64,000 nucleotides of DNA from Zootoca vivipara (taxonomy: Eukaryota): the NCBI RefSeq assembly GCF_963506605.1, contig NC_083287.1, positions 18,476,001 through 18,540,000 on the forward strand, read 5' to 3'. Made by a program: the position numbers and the translations under genes. The notes below the pieces were generated by a model, which made no database searches, was not told the origin of the DNA, and was given only the letters and a program-made list of their open reading frames with translations. Numbering within the stretch: position 1 is the first letter of the stretch; every line of letters begins with the position of its first letter. Shown here in pieces: positions 1 to 14,233 of the stretch.

Positions 1-68
1 AAGTCAAAGTCTTCTTGGCTTGCTGCTCATGGTTTGCAGGTGGGGACTACTAGGAGTCTTGGTATGGG

Positions 69-338
69 CAGGGCCAGATTTAGGTTGGATGAGGCCCTAA
101 ACTACTGAAGGTAATGGGGCCCTTTATATGCCCAGCTGTCCTTTGTCAACAATAAATTGTCACTGTTTTTTTTTGTGTTGAATATATGCTATATTTTAGG
201 GAGCAGGCTAGCAAGCGGGGCCCATTACTTACTTACTATGTAGGTTTGTGGTTTTTTAAATTTTATATTTTGGAAATGTATAGCCAGTCCCCCCCCCCAA
301 AAAAAAACTTCTTTAGCTTATACGTAAATCCGGCACTG
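69..338. mobile_element. Non-autonomous hAT-type DNA transposon (MITE)
   Basis: Termini CAGGGCCAGATTTA...TAAATCCGGCACTG; 8-bp TSD GGTATGGG at 61-68 and 339-346. Confidence 0.85.
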
Positions 339-410
339 GGTATGGGTGTGATGTTAATCCACACTCTGGGTTGTTTGTCTGTGGCATGGCAGCAGTAGGA
401 GCAGGTGAGG

Positions 411-532
411 AATCACAGAATTGTAGAGTTGGAAGGGACCCTGAGGGTCATCTAATCCAAACCCCTGCGATGCAGGAATCTTTTGCTCAGGACTTTGGGG
501 TTAAGAGTCTCATGCTCTACCAACTGAGCTAG
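411..532 (-). mobile_element. tRNA-Lys-derived SINE with CR1-like 3' tail (internally deleted)
   Basis: Minus strand reads CTAGCTCAGTTGGTAGAGCATGAGACTCTTAA (tRNA-Lys-CTT 5' half), then GATTCCTGCA...CCCTTCCAACTCTACAATTCTGTG. Confidence 0.75.
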
Positions 533-2045
533 CACTGTGGGAACTTTTGAGCAGCATGAAACTGTTCACCCACATTAAGCCATAGTTTGTTTTGAGCTAG
601 GGTTTAATGTAATGTGCGTACTGGACCATTATTCACATTCACACAGCAACATGATTGAACATGCAACTTCTACTTTTAAGTGAAAAGCAGTTATGTGGCT
701 CCAATCCAACTCGTATTCCCAAACATTTGCTCCCAAACATGCCTCTTGCCATTACGGTTTGCAGGAAACTGGCTCCCCGGTTGACATGTTCTAAACTGAA
801 GTCCTTCAACAGTTATTTCTTCAAAGTAAAAATGGCCACTTTTATGCACACTTCTTTGCTACAAAAACACCCCTGCTTAAAAACGCTGTTGGGCATTCAA
901 GAGATTTTGTTTCTCTCTCAATTAAAAGCATTCATTTTTACACAAGTCTCATTCATATTTTCCGGGCTCTTAAAATTTAAGATGAAACACCTGCATTAGC
1001 GACATTGTATGTTTGATTGAAATGACTCTCTTCTCCTTTGTATCCCACATAAGCAACATTCACATAGGCACACAAATAATACAAGGGAAGCTCAAAGGAG
1101 TGTTTAGGGTCATGTGTGAAAAGGCCACTAAAGACACCAGGTTGCAAAGTGTGGCATTTGTGCTCTCAGGTCCCAGTGCTGACCAAATTCTTTTTATATT
1201 GTAATGCTTAATGCAATTTGCCAGCAATTCTTTCTTCTTTGTGAATTGGGGGAAATGCGTTTTCAGAAAAGGGTCCAACGTTACGCTGAAAAAGAAGCGG
1301 TGCCTTAATCAGGCAGCAAACCAAAAACCATGGATTGAATGATGTGTGAAAACACTGGCCTTTTCTTTAGCTCTAGAAACCGAAGGCGCACACTTGTTTA
1401 CAGGCTAGCATTCCTCCGAGTCACCTCAGAGAGATTGCAAGTGGTTGGCAGCAACATCAAAGGGAAGGATTTTGGCATGAAGTGTTTCGGTACAGGACGT
1501 CCTTAGCTGTCTTTTAACTAAGATTACTAGACCCTTTCAGCAGAGTTTAAATGTGTGGTTTAGTTTACTGTTTATATGTAGCAGAATAATGTCTGAGAAT
1601 TACTTCTAAGCATGTCTTATTTCCCTCGCTTAATATTGTTCACTCAGTGACTCTGCTCTAGGGCATAAAGGTTCCATATATTAATACATAGCTAAACATG
1701 TCAGCTCTACAAAGTTGATTACTATGAATTCACAAGCAGATTTGAAAAGCGCCCATTAATTTCCTCAAAAGATATACACTCCCCCCCCCCCGTTGATTTA
1801 TTGCTTCAAGATGTTTCCTGCTTTTTATTGTATGGCTAAGTCAGGGTTCACTGGATCAAAATGGAATTTATATGAGAACATTTGTCAGGTTGAATCAGCC
1901 GAAAGCTTTATATAGGGCTAATTCATATACACGGTGATCGTGTGTGAGAAACCCTTTTCCCATAGCAGCCGTCTGTCCGAGGCAGTTTACCACTAGGACA
2001 TGAGGGTGGTAACTATCTGAGAAAGTCAATTTGGGCCTCTACTTG

Positions 2046-2140
2046 AATCATAGAGTTGGGACTGACCACTAGCATCATCTAGTCCAACCCACAGCAATGC
2101 ATGGGGCTTGAACTGGAGATTAAGCGTCTCATGCTCTACC
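2046..2140 (-). mobile_element. Degraded copy of the same tRNA-Lys/CR1-tail SINE
   Basis: Shares atctagtccaaccc...gcaatgca and tctcatgctctacc with the copies at 411 and 27222. Confidence 0.55.
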
Positions 2141-2189
2141 ATACAAAAGGTGGCAATCACATACCATCAGCACTTGAAATGTTTAAAGC

Positions 2190-3200
2190 TAAACCCCTAG
2201 CAGAGTTATTATATGGGGCTCAGATTTGGACAGGACCTTGGATCTACAGAAGCTGTTCAATCTAAGTTGCTAAGGCAATTTCCCCCCTGCTCCATCCTAT
2301 GTTGCAAATGCTTGGAGGCTAATCTCCCCTCTGTTGAATTACAGATTTGGTGTAGGACATTTAATTATTGGCTTTGCCTAAATTCAAACCCCACTCGTCT
2401 ACTACCCTTAGTATCGCAAGATTGTCATGAGAGAGCGCTTGGACTAAAATTGTCAACCCAAAGTTTTACTTTTCTGGGTTTATCACAGCAACAGTTATTA
2501 ACACTGGGCTTCAGCAAATAATTTAATTAGACAGCAACAGAGTAATTTGGCCACGATAAGGAAATTTTGTCCATGGTATGATTATTTTCCACCTAGTCCT
2601 TTTGACACTTTGGCACCCTATTTGCTAAATTTAACAATTCCAAAATACAGACGCGCTTTCACTTTTGCAAGATTGAATATACTGCCTTCAGCTATGCTTG
2701 AGGGCCGATTTAAAAAAATATCCACTGGAAAAAATGGTTATGTTCCTGTGTATTGAGTCAGTGGCTCATGTGGTTCTGGCTTGCACTCTTTCTAAAGATT
2801 TGAGGAGTGAGGTTATTACCCCTCTACTACTATCCATGCCGGGTCACTCAACCATTACTACTTTCTTCTAGCACATGGGTAGGCAAACTAAGGCCTGGGG
2901 GCCGGATCTGGCCCAATCGCCTTCTAAATCCAGCCTGTGGACGGTCTGGGAATCAGGGTGTTTTTACACGAGTAGAATGTATCCTTTATTTAAAATGCAT
3001 CTCTGGGTTATTTGTGGGGAATAGGAATTCGTTCCATTCCCCCCCCCCAAAAAAAAACATAGTCCGCCCCAACAAGGTCTGAAGAACAGTGGATCAGCCC
3101 CTTGCTGAAAAAGTTTGCTGGCCCCTGTTCTAGCAGATCAAGATGATCAGGTGACAGAAAAAAACTGCAAGGTTTTTAGCAGGAGCAATAAGATCTATTA
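2190..3200 (+). mobile_element. Decayed non-LTR retrotransposon ORF2 C-terminus (RTE-X-like), interrupted by a MITE
   Basis: Broken frames give IYGAQIW..EAVQSKLLRQ and LTIPKYRRAFTFARLNILPSAMLEGRF; after the MITE, DQVTEKTARFLAGAI. Confidence 0.5.
2874..3127. mobile_element. hAT (Charlie-like) MITE
   Basis: Imperfect TIRs CATGGGTAGGCAAAC / GTTTGCTGGCCCCTG; TSD TTCTAGCA at 2866-2873 and 3128-3135. Confidence 0.85.
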
Positions 3201-4239
3201 TTTGATTATTGATGGAAACCTCCAAAAATGTATTTTGTACAGTTAGATTTTTACCTATATCTTCAGTACATTTTAAAAAATTTATTGCTATAGCTAGTGG
3301 CTGATGCAAATAAAGATTCTTCTGATCTGGTCTTAAGAGTCTCATGCTCTACCCATCTGAGAAAGCCAGGCGTTTCAAGATGTCAGAATGATGGCATAAT
3401 CATATAAATGTTGTGAAATACACTGAGAAACAAGATCTAATTTGCCATAGACTTACACTGTGAAGAGGATTGAGAAGTGGTTTATTCTGAGGTTTAAATG
3501 AAATAATTGACTGACTTCATAAAGATTCATACAAAACGTATGGACAAACTTTATCATGTTAACCTGATTATGTTTTCCAAAGGTTAGGGACAAGTCTGCA
3601 GCAAATGTGACCGGAGGCATTGCAACAGTGGAGGAATAGAAACGATGAGGCAATTCATTGTTTCCAATAATTGCTTCTCTTAGCATCCTGCCTCCTGGTG
3701 CTTACATGAACATTTTGCCTTGACACCATTTTAAAATGCAGACATAATCCTTATTGATTGTAATTTACCTTCACCTGAAGTACCAAACAGCAGAGCTGGT
3801 GAGCGAATGCAAGATTCTTGCCTGTGAACATGTTGTTTGTCTTCATTATAATTAGGAAAAGACTTAACTTTTTTTTTTTTTTGGAAAAGCAAGCATAGCT
3901 AATGGGAATGAATACAGATGGATCGTTTAGCCATCTTTTCCAGTGTTATTTCAGAGAGCACATTTAAGCCAAATGGCCATGGGATGACAAATAGACTGAC
4001 ATTAGTCCCCAAATATTTCCAACCATCTTTCTTGTACAAGGATTCATGTGGCCCTAGTTAGTAGATCTTCCTTAAATTTCCTAGAGCTACCTATCAAACT
4101 GAATCAAGAGTTGCAAATAAAGTTCCCCCCTTTGAATTTACATTTACCAAGAGACATATAAAATGCAATCAATATTAGAACAAGATTAAAACATGCTTTA
4201 CATTTTAAGGAAGTAACAAGATAATACTGCACGTACATA

Positions 4240-4312
4240 CTTGACAACCGAAGACTTCGACTTACGAAGAGTGCCGCGGAATGGATCGCCTTCGTAAGCC
4301 GAGGTACCACTG
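4240..4312. mobile_element. Tc1/mariner (Tigger-like) MITE fragment
   Basis: Terminus CGAGGTACCACTG followed by TA; same terminus type as 52655-52891. Confidence 0.6.
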
Positions 4313-5763
4313 TATGTCTGTACATGTATGAAGCAGCTCTCAGGCCTGGTATTCATTAAAAGCAGTGCTTTTTTCTGAGGGGACGCAGGGGTACGCATAC
4401 CCCTGAACATTTTGTGAATCTTTGTACTTTTGTCCATTTACTATATTTATTTTCCCCGATTTGAACTATAAAATGGTGGTTTTCTTGAGTCAAAATGTGA
4501 GTACCCCTAAACATAAAACTCCTGCAAAAACTGTATTACTTAACAATATTTTATACAAAGTTCCTTCTCTCATTCTTCTTCGTCCTGAATAAGACTAGTG
4601 TTAGTATGATACAAGATTCCGATATATTTGGGTCTTATTCTTGTCTCACTGAGTTCAATAGGGCTTGCTTTCACAGAGGTAGGTACAGGACTGCAGCCTT
4701 AACGTAGAGTATGTATCAAGATTTACTGTATATCTATGGGAATGGTTTTTATTGTTTTACAGTTTATAGGAATTATTGTTTTATAGTTTGCAGAAATGGT
4801 TTTTGAATTTGTACTGTATTTTTTGGTACTTCATTTCACTTTTGTATTGTATATTTATTGTACATTAAGTAACATTATAACATTGTGAAATTATAAGAGG
4901 CAACAAGCTTGCATCTGTAAAACAAAGACAATTTAAATATCAATACCGGAGCTTATACTTTGCAAATCACAACACCCACTTAGCCAAGTATTTTCTTCCA
5001 TACTGACATGTCTAAAATTAGCCTGAAGGTCAATTCTGCGTAGAAATAGCCTTGCCACAAGTACCCTTGCTGAAAAGTATTTAATGCAGACGACTTGTTT
5101 TTTGAACAGCACAACCAGGATTTAGTAAGGGTGTTGCTTTTAAAGTTTAAAACACAATCCATGGGGCAATGGGCGAGACGATGTAGACAATGCACACTCA
5201 GCACAGGTTTAGTGTGCAGAGCACAGCAGTAAAAACCTCCTGCATCCAAGGATGGATAAGACCAAACGTACAAAGCTGCATGTGTGGGTTGAACATATAT
5301 TTTGTTTGGTTCCGTTCCTTCTAGTGCTCTGGCATTAGAAGTGGAACCAGTTTCCACTAAAGGGCTGAGCTGTCCCTCCCCAGTTCCTGCAGATGCTTGG
5401 CAGCGCTCCTTTTTCATCTTCCTTCAAGTCTTCCCTGTTGCACATTTGTGACCTCCCCTTTTTATATTTGCTTCTTCAGACTTTTTTTTGTTTGTTACTG
5501 TTCTTCATGGCATCATCTACTAAAAGTTGTGATCACAGGGCGCCTATCCTCACAAACATTTCCGCTGGAAAATATGTTGAAGTTGAGAAATTTGCCATTT
5601 TTGAACTAGTAAACAATTTAAGCATGGTAACACTGTGCGTTCGGGGAACTACAAGGATTGCAATATGATTTCAGTGCTGAGGATGCAAGTCAGATATGCA
5701 TCGCAGGTCACTTGCTTCCTACAATGGGCTTATGGTTGTGGGAAATATGCAAAAATGCCTATA

Positions 5764-5990
5764 CAGCCATACCTTGGATGTCAAATGGAATCCGTTCCGG
5801 AAGTCTGTTTGACTTCCAAGGTGTGGCTTCCGATTGGCTGCACGATTGATCCCGCAGTCAACTGGAAGCCACGCTGGGTGTTCGGCTTCCGAAAATCATT
5901 CAAAAACCGGAACAATCACTTCTGGTTTTTGATTGTTCGGGAGCCGAAACGTTCTGAGTTTACAGGTGTTCGGCTTCCGAGGTGCCTCTG
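5764..5990. mobile_element. Tc1/mariner (Tigger-like) MITE
   Basis: TA-flanked CAGCCATACCTTGGA...TCCGAGGTGCCTCTG; related internal sequence recurs at 63726-63870. Confidence 0.65.
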
Positions 5991-6202
5991 TACTCAAACC
6001 ACCACCTTAGAACCAGCCCGCTATGAGCAATCTTACCTTCTGGAGCCCTGCACTGAACGAGTCTTCCCCCAAAAGTTATTTCTACACTGGGAAAACCTTG
6101 TGCAAAACGACCTTTTAAACTGGCTTGCCGTGAACTGCGTAAAGTTGAAAGCGCATGTTAAACATGTATCATTTGCAAGTGACCTGTATATATACCTTAG
6201 AT

Positions 6203-6340
6203 CAGTGTTTCCCAACCAGTGTGCCTCCAGATGTTTTGGGACTACAACTCCCATCATCCCTAGCTAGCAAGACCAGTGGTCAGGAATGATGGGAGTTGTA
6301 GTCCCAAAACATCTGGAGGCACACTGGTTGGGAAACACTG
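6203..6340. mobile_element. Palindromic hAT MITE
   Basis: Perfect inverted arms of about 53 bp starting CAGTGTTTCCCAACC; TSD CCTTAGAT at 6195-6202 and 6341-6348. Confidence 0.92.
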
Positions 6341-7069
6341 CCTTAGATGAGCCTAGAGACAAGGTGAAACAGTGCCAAGCTAAAGAGCTGTGTTTTAGGA
6401 GAGCTGCTGATTCTATATAACTGATAAGCATGAAATAACACAACAAATTAAGGTATGCTCTTCGATGTGAGCATATTTTGTTTGATATAAGGTGAATGAT
6501 GTAACCTATATAGTGTTAAGATATTGCTACCTACAATATAATACCATGTGTTGTAAGCCTTGATAATGCCGTGGCACATACTGTATGACAAAAGATTTGC
6601 TTTGTTTTGAAACGTGGAACAGTATGAACAAATTTTATTACAACCTAATTTATGCATCCCATTGCAGATCAAGAGATGTTTGCAAGTGCTAATCAAGTAG
6701 ACGCCATCCCAGATAAAATCAGGGAGTATGTCAAGAGCGATTGCCTTTTACATAGCTATTGGAATTGCTTCTTGTGTACAGGGTATTGTAGGGCAGTGGA
6801 GACATCCCGGATTTTAACCCTGCCAATGTCATCCTGGAGATGATGATCTTTAACAAAGGACATTAAAATTGAATGTGTTAACAGTATTGTTGGACCACCC
6901 TTTTCCCGTGGCAATTGATCCACAAATAGCGTACTGGAGCTGGCCCTTAGGGAAAAAAGAACAACTCGGAACTAAAAGCAACTGCAGATTCTTTAGTTTT
7001 ATGCAAGTTCAGAAACATGCAGAGCTGACCTGGGTCCACTGCACAAGGAGCATTACAAGAAGTGCATGT

Positions 7070-7737
7070 TATCAGCCACAGTGTTTTTTTTTTATTGAGT
7101 GCTTTAATAATACAAGTGTACATCAACTGATCCACAGTCAAAAGTGGCAGGTCCCTAAGAAATTTACAAGCACTTTTCTTTTAAGTAAATCAAAATACGT
7201 ATCATCTGGTTCAACCCAGCAGCCTAGTGTTTGGGAAAAGAGCAGGCTGGTGTTAAAACACAGTCTTAGTAATGCACAGTGATTCTTAAGTTTTATGCTT
7301 TTTTTTTTAATACAAAACCGGTTCCCAGTAACATGCACCCACCATTAAAGACTTCCGTACAAAAAAATAACCCTAAACACTACATTTAAGTAGAAACAAT
7401 ATATAGTTCTGAGTTTGTTTGCTTGTTTTTTTCCTCCAAAGACACAACAAAGAAAAAAATACATTAATACAAAGCTTTGTGACAAAGCTCTATACTATTA
7501 CAGCTCCAACATTCCTTGCACTGTAACCCCAAATTCCCAATCTATATTTTAAAGATACAGTTTTCAAGTTGAACAGAAAATAAAATATAAGAATAAAAAT
7601 AAAGGGGGGGGGAAGGGAAAAGGGCAATCAACTTTGTCACAAAATGCTTCCAAACGTAATAAAAATAAGAAGGGGAGGGCTATTGATGCACTTGGTGAAT
7701 GTGCTTGCACAGGTCCAGCATGTTCCACAGCAGATTC
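7070..7737 (-). other. UBE2E2: UBE2E2 3' UTR (distal end approximate)
   Basis: Follows the stop codon; U-rich and repeat-free; AATAAA on the minus strand at 7091-7096 with an ATTAAA just upstream. Confidence 0.55.
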
Positions 7738-7914
<177 letters not shown>

Positions 7915-10811
7915 TCAAGATCCCAGATCTGAATGTTAGAATAAAGGAATAACACTGACTGAGAAGGACTGTGCCCTATCATCTGTGCCACAGACAGAAA
8001 CCAAACTGACCCCCCTGCTTCTGGAGGGTGTTCTAATCACGATACTCCATGGTACATGTAGTTTGCAACAAAGCTCTCTGGAGCTGGAACTATCACCTTC
8101 TACGTTACTTTGCAAAGTGCTATGCACACTTATGGTACACTACCTCCAATAAATAATAAACCGGTATATCTGATATGACCCAACCCTACTTGCATTTCTG
8201 ATGGGCAGGTAAATGAGACAGCCTTCATTTGGATGCAGGAGTGACTCGTGGTTTCATGGAGACCTCAGTGCCTCGCCTCTTTACCACCAAATGGCCAGTG
8301 TGCCGTTTGGTGGGTTTAGGAGCAAAACTTCCACTCTACCTGTCCTAATGCAAATCCAGTGTTCCCCCACCCCACCCCAAGGCTCCCTTACCCTTTTTGC
8401 CATTTTCAACAATGCAAAATTTGAAGGCTGAAACACCAGCAAACTTCATGCATGCACCTTTCACTCCCATGCCAAACTGTAAATGGGACAGGATACAAGG
8501 GATCTCATTCTCATGGCGTCACTTTTTTCAAATTAAGAACAACAAAAACAACATTATTTATAACAATAATTAATAATAATGCAGATGCTATCATTTTATA
8601 ATTTCTTATTACTCTATCACAACCACTTCATTTATTTCTTCCGCCAAGGTAGAAAGGGTGGGGTGTGTTATTGTTTTGCTGTTTTGTTTTACTTATTTCC
8701 TTGTTTTTATCCTGTATTTCATTCTGTGAACTGCCCTGATATCTTATGATGAAGGGCTGTATATAAAGCTAATAAAATCAATGAATAAACAAACAAACAA
8801 ACAAACACACAGCAATAAATCCACCAAGTTGCTTGCTAGAATCAGAAAGCAGTTAACTACAATTTGCTCCCTGATGGTGCTGACACAGTTTACAAGTCAA
8901 ATCTCACAACACTTGTTTAAAAGGGACAAGCATGTGCCTCCCTTGAGTGATCAGAAATAAAAGGTTGGCAATGTAAAGCCAGAGAGGGAAGATCTTCTCC
9001 TCTACATCTTTTGCAGATTGCCGCAAGAACGTCAGAAGTTTCAGGAGCAAATACCTCTTTTTCATTTCCTCAGCACGGCTTGCTTGAGAAGAACAGCGGT
9101 GCTTGCCAATGAAGCTGCAGCTGCGCGTCAAACTCAGTTTAATCACTGCGTATGGCTGGAGGTTAATTAGCTGCCATTCTTATTACTATTTGTTGTTCTA
9201 ATGAAGATTTGCATAATTCCAAGCCTAATGGATAACTGATACATGTCCCCCCCCCTTTGCGAGGGAAAACCTGCATGTTTTGTATTTATATTTTTGTGGA
9301 AGCACTCGCTGTTGCCTTTCCATTTGACCTGATCTACTTCTGCCCATTAGATGAGTAGTGAACAAAGAGCACAAGGTTGCTTATCATTGCAGGGCCCCCG
9401 CCAGGTTTCTGCCTTTAAAGTGGGCTGGGGCAGGCTAAGATGAAGGGAAGACGGAGGGCACTGAAAATTGCTTCCAGCTGACAGAGAACAGAGAACACTG
9501 TGTGTGTGTCTGTGTTTTCTGAGATGTGCCTGGGGTATTCTCAAAGCAATTCCCCCACTGAAAGAAAAAAGGTAGTCAATTTGCTTCTCCATGTTCAAAA
9601 TCAGATTACAAAGCATGACTAATCTGACAATTTGTTAAAATTGCACCAAACCTATACTGGGTCTAAAAGAAATGGGCCTAAAGCCAGAAAACAGCACTGC
9701 AAGAAAAAGATTTTTTAATGAAAAAAAAATTCCATCATGCCAACGTGAGTTCTCCCTTAAAAGCCCCTGTATAAATCTGTTTTGGTTTTAAAAAAGAAAC
9801 ACCATCCCATGAATGCACAATTGTTATAAACAAAGAAATGATCCAGGCAAGAAAGGAAAAATTTGAAGAAAGCATTTCGTATGAACTTGGCATTAAGTAG
9901 TCAGACAAACCAAGCTCACACCAGCCGTAGAGTATTAATTCCATCATTCCTATGAGCAGTTTAAACGTAAATTAAGGATTGAGAAACTGGGTTAGTTCAC
10001 ATTACATGGTAGAACCCCTGGCTTGGATGTTGACTCCTCCCTGCATGAGCTCTGTTTAGTTAGTAACTTCCTCATTTGCAGCAAACCACAACTTGACCTT
10101 GTGTCCCAAACGATAAACTATGGTTTGTGCTCACCCTGCTAAACCAGGATTGTACACCAAGGTTGATTCTGGTGTGCTGCAGATCATCAATGCATCATTA
10201 AACTCTGTTTTGCTGCAAATCAGAAATTAACTATTTAAGTAGAATGCAGAAAGGGAGGAAGAAATTAAGGAGAATGTGTGACTCCTGAGCTTGTTCCCTA
10301 GTGAAACCATGTTTGAGCCATGGTATTAAATTAAGAGAAAGAATTAAACTCCAGGGTGGCTGAATCAGCAGAAAATCTTTTCAGTGCAAAAAGCAATTCA
10401 ATTGATTTGTGGGTGATTTCCCCCCAACACCAGATAGAAAAATCAATAGCTGCTATCTTTACCATCGAAATGTATCAAGTACACATTATTGCAAATAAAA
10501 ATATGTTACTGACTTAAATAGATTTCCGTATTGATAGCAAAACAGACAAACTCCTCCATCTATTAATATTTTTGACAGCTGACACTGAATGAATAGGGAT
10601 GTCACTCCCCGCCCCCCTGCACTTTAACAGGAGCCTGAAATGTAACAATTAAGCAGGAAAGGTTTTTCCCAGCATGCTCAATTTCTTCATTCCAGATTTT
10701 TGTTAAAAACACAATAGCAGGGCTAGGCAAAAGGCTCAACTCTGTGAATGCACTCAGTCTAAATTGCATTCATTACCTGCAACACAAGTATTTTTGGTTA
10801 ACCATTTACTA

Positions 10812-11081
<270 letters not shown>

Positions 11082-11196
11082 CTATTTATAATAAATCAAA
11101 TATATACTGCTATTCGTAATAAATACAACTTGCTTCAAACGGTTTTTCATTTTGTGTTTTAATGTTGTAACCCAGCCTGGGATCTTAGGGTGGAAG

Positions 11197-11286
11197 CATA
11201 GCTGCCAAGTTATCCCTTTTTTAAAGGGATTTTCCCTTATGCTGAATAGGCTTCCTCGCGAGAAAAGGGAAAACTTGGCAGCTATG
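11197..11286. mobile_element. 90-bp hAT MITE
   Basis: TIR CATAGCTGCCAAGTT; TSD GGTGGAAG; near-identical inverted copy at 48976-49065. Confidence 0.88.
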
Positions 11287-11857
11287 GGTGGAAGGCAGGG
11301 ACTAAACAAACCAACAATTATCCACGCTAATAAAGATTTCCATTCCATTCCATCATATAAACAAAAAGCTATCTAATTTGTCCAAGTTCTGGCCCTTACA
11401 TAGTCAAAACAGCACCATTCTCATACAAGAGGGAGGTATCAGCAGGCTTAGGGGGACCCAAATGTTTGTAGATGTAGAAGCAATTTTTAGAAGAAAACGT
11501 GTGTGTCTGTCTGTGTTGGGGGAGGAGTCAAAGCAGCCCAATGTGTCCTGAGTGTGCTTAGCATGGATTGCTGACTGACTGTTGACAGGAAAAAGCATAG
11601 AAACAGGTGGGTGGAATGGAAGAGAGCAGGACTCTCTGCACTGTGACTGGTCCCACATGGTATCACCGAGACCTGATTGACTTGAACATGTAGTTGGGCC
11701 ATTTTGTATCACTGGACCCAAACATTGGAATACTCTTTCAGCAGAGATATATGCTGACTTTCAAGTGTCTCCTGAAGACCTTTTGTTGCTAACGGGCCTA
11801 TGCAGCTATTTATACTTTATTGTTTAGCCAGTCATCTTAATGATTATTTTGTATTTA

Positions 11858-12132
11858 ATAATAATAATAATAATAAGAAGCGTAATAATAATTTATTTTT
11901 TATATCCTGCCCATCTGGCTGGGTTTCCCCAGCCACTCTGGGCGGCATCCAACAAAATATTAAAATACAATAGTCCGTAAACATTTAAAGCTTCCCTAAT
12001 CAGGGCTGTCTTCAGACGTCTTCTAAAAGTCTGGTAGTTGTTTTTCTCTTTGACATCTGACAGGGCGGGTGCCACTACCGAGAAGGCCCTCTGCCTGGTT
12101 TCCTGTAATTTGGCTTCTTGCAGCGAGGGAAC
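11858..12132 (-). mobile_element. L2 LINE 3' end with flanking simple repeat
   Basis: Encodes RQRAFSVVAPAL...TFRRRLKTALIREA; L2-type 3' stem-loop GCCGCCCAGAGTGGCTGGGG; same 3' end at 44903-45000. Confidence 0.75.
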
Positions 12133-12154
12133 CATATTGTTTTTATGGTGCTTC

Positions 12155-12276
12155 CATAGAATTATAGAATTGTAGGGACCCCGAGGGTCATCTAGCCAAA
12201 CCCCCTGTAATGCAGGAATCCTGCCCACAGCTATCCCTGGGTCGGCTCAAACCACCAGCCTTCTGGTTAACAGCCA
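12155..12276 (-). mobile_element. SINE with tRNA-Asn-derived head and CR1-like tail
   Basis: Minus strand GGCTGTTAACCAGAAGGCTGGTGGTTTGAGCCGACCCAGGGA resembles the tRNA-Asn(GTT) 3' half; followed by GATTCCTGCATTACAGGGGG...TACAATTCTA. Confidence 0.65.
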
Positions 12277-12319
12277 TTGTGCCAGTTGCATATATTATTG
12301 TACACCACCATGATGTTTC

Positions 12320-12322
<3 letters not shown>

Positions 12323-12354
<32 letters not shown>

Positions 12355-12425
12355 TATAATAATATTTATACCCCGCCCTCCCCTGTCAAAACCGGGCTCA
12401 GGGCGGCTGACACCAACAAAACCAA
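12323..12425 (-). repeat. (ATA)n microsatellite plus short L2-type 3' tail
   Basis: About 10 ATA units, then tttataccccgccct...ctcagggcggct. Confidence 0.6.
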
Positions 12426-14065
12426 CAAAACGTGGGAGCTGGCTGAATGTAAACATTATAATAATAACCAAGAAGGAAATATAATATAAATATTATAATC
12501 CCATATAATATGTTTTGTATTTGTCTATTGCTGCCTGCTTTGTATGTCAGTATATATTTGTCTGGGTCTCGTGGCGTAGGCAAGTGAGTGGGTTGTTGGT
12601 TGAGGAGATGAGACTGAATTATGGGGGTAGCTGCAGAGCGGATCAGAGGTTGTGTTAGAAGACTGATGTTTGAGTATCTTATGTAAGAGTATGCTTGAGA
12701 GGAACTGAGTGGAATGCACTTTTAGATGTAGTTACATTAAGTTGGGTTTATGGTTGTATAGGGGGCTGGGAATTGAATTGGATTGGCTTGCTTAACTTTA
12801 TGATGGATTGCACATATGGTGGGTTGGAAAGAGTGGTTTCATTTTTCATTCAATTGGTTGCTAATTACATTGTTTCAAAATGTGGCATCTTTATTTTATT
12901 TTTTCACAGATGACTTTCATTTGTGATGTTTCATTTTTGATGTTTCAGAAGATATTTTGATGAGTTGTTAATTATGTTGTCCTAATATGTGAAATGTTCA
13001 TTGTATTTTTATAGTTGATGTTGTTTTAGGGGATGCCCTAATTACCTGTTAATTGTAGTGCTCTATAATGCCCATTTTTCGAAATTATTTTTTAGTATTT
13101 GATGTTTATTATGTCTTAACATATGCTGGAAATTGCTTATATTCTGTCTGAGTAAATAGTTACATAGTTTAATATAAATAATACAATTCAATATGAATAG
13201 TGCAAAATTGAATGTAGATTAAATTAAAATGGGGGGGGGGAGGGAGGGATACTTTTAACTATCCTCAAAGGCATAGTTTTGTATATCCTAGATGCTGAGT
13301 GACCTTTAGGTTCTTGCATGTCATGTGGTGTAGGACATACACTTTTTCACAAATCCTCAGCTCCAGACAGTTTCTCTATAGAATCAAGAGATGACAATGT
13401 CAACTCAGACTTTGTGAACTCTAGTTGCATGAAACACCATGATGTCTTCAAATGGGATTTGACATAGCAGGCTTTTAAAACAACAAAGAAGCAAAGTCTA
13501 ATGCATAACAACCCTAACATTGCAAATACTTTTGAAAGCCATTGTTTTATTCCCCTCCACCCCAATTTTGGAAAAATGCCAGAATCTAATCCAATTTTAA
13601 AACATTCCCCCATCTTTGATCACTTGCACAAACCTACGGTTTTTGACTTTATTTCTTGGAGAACTCCCTTAAAATATGTACACAGTACAGTGAAATCTTA
13701 TATATGTCTATTAGTATGTAATTCCACTGTGTTCATTGGGTCTTGCTCCCAGGGATGCATAGGACTGCAGCCTTAATGTTTAAAAATAGTTATAATGAAG
13801 GAAAGAAAGGCAAACCATGAGCAATAAGCAAGGTTTGTTCTTGAATTATTTGTCAATTCTGTCTAATAAGATTGGATTCTGGGTCTCTGACATCACCTGA
13901 CAGACATTGGATCATAATGGTCATTATTTCTTCATATAATTTTCAAAGCAGCCATGCACCTTTGTAAGTATTTTGTACATTTCCTTTTGTACATAATAAA
14001 ATTCTACACGTGTATCAAAATTGGTTCTGAAACTACTTATTTTTCAGTATAAATTATTAATTTTA

Positions 14066-14233
<168 letters not shown>

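Noticed and set aside
5635-6267. 210-aa ORF
   Set aside because: Runs through two MITEs, has no recognisable domain and a non-ATG start.
12480-13200. Strand-biased segment that may be an old LINE remnant
   Set aside because: No diagnostic motif could be read, so it was left unannotated.
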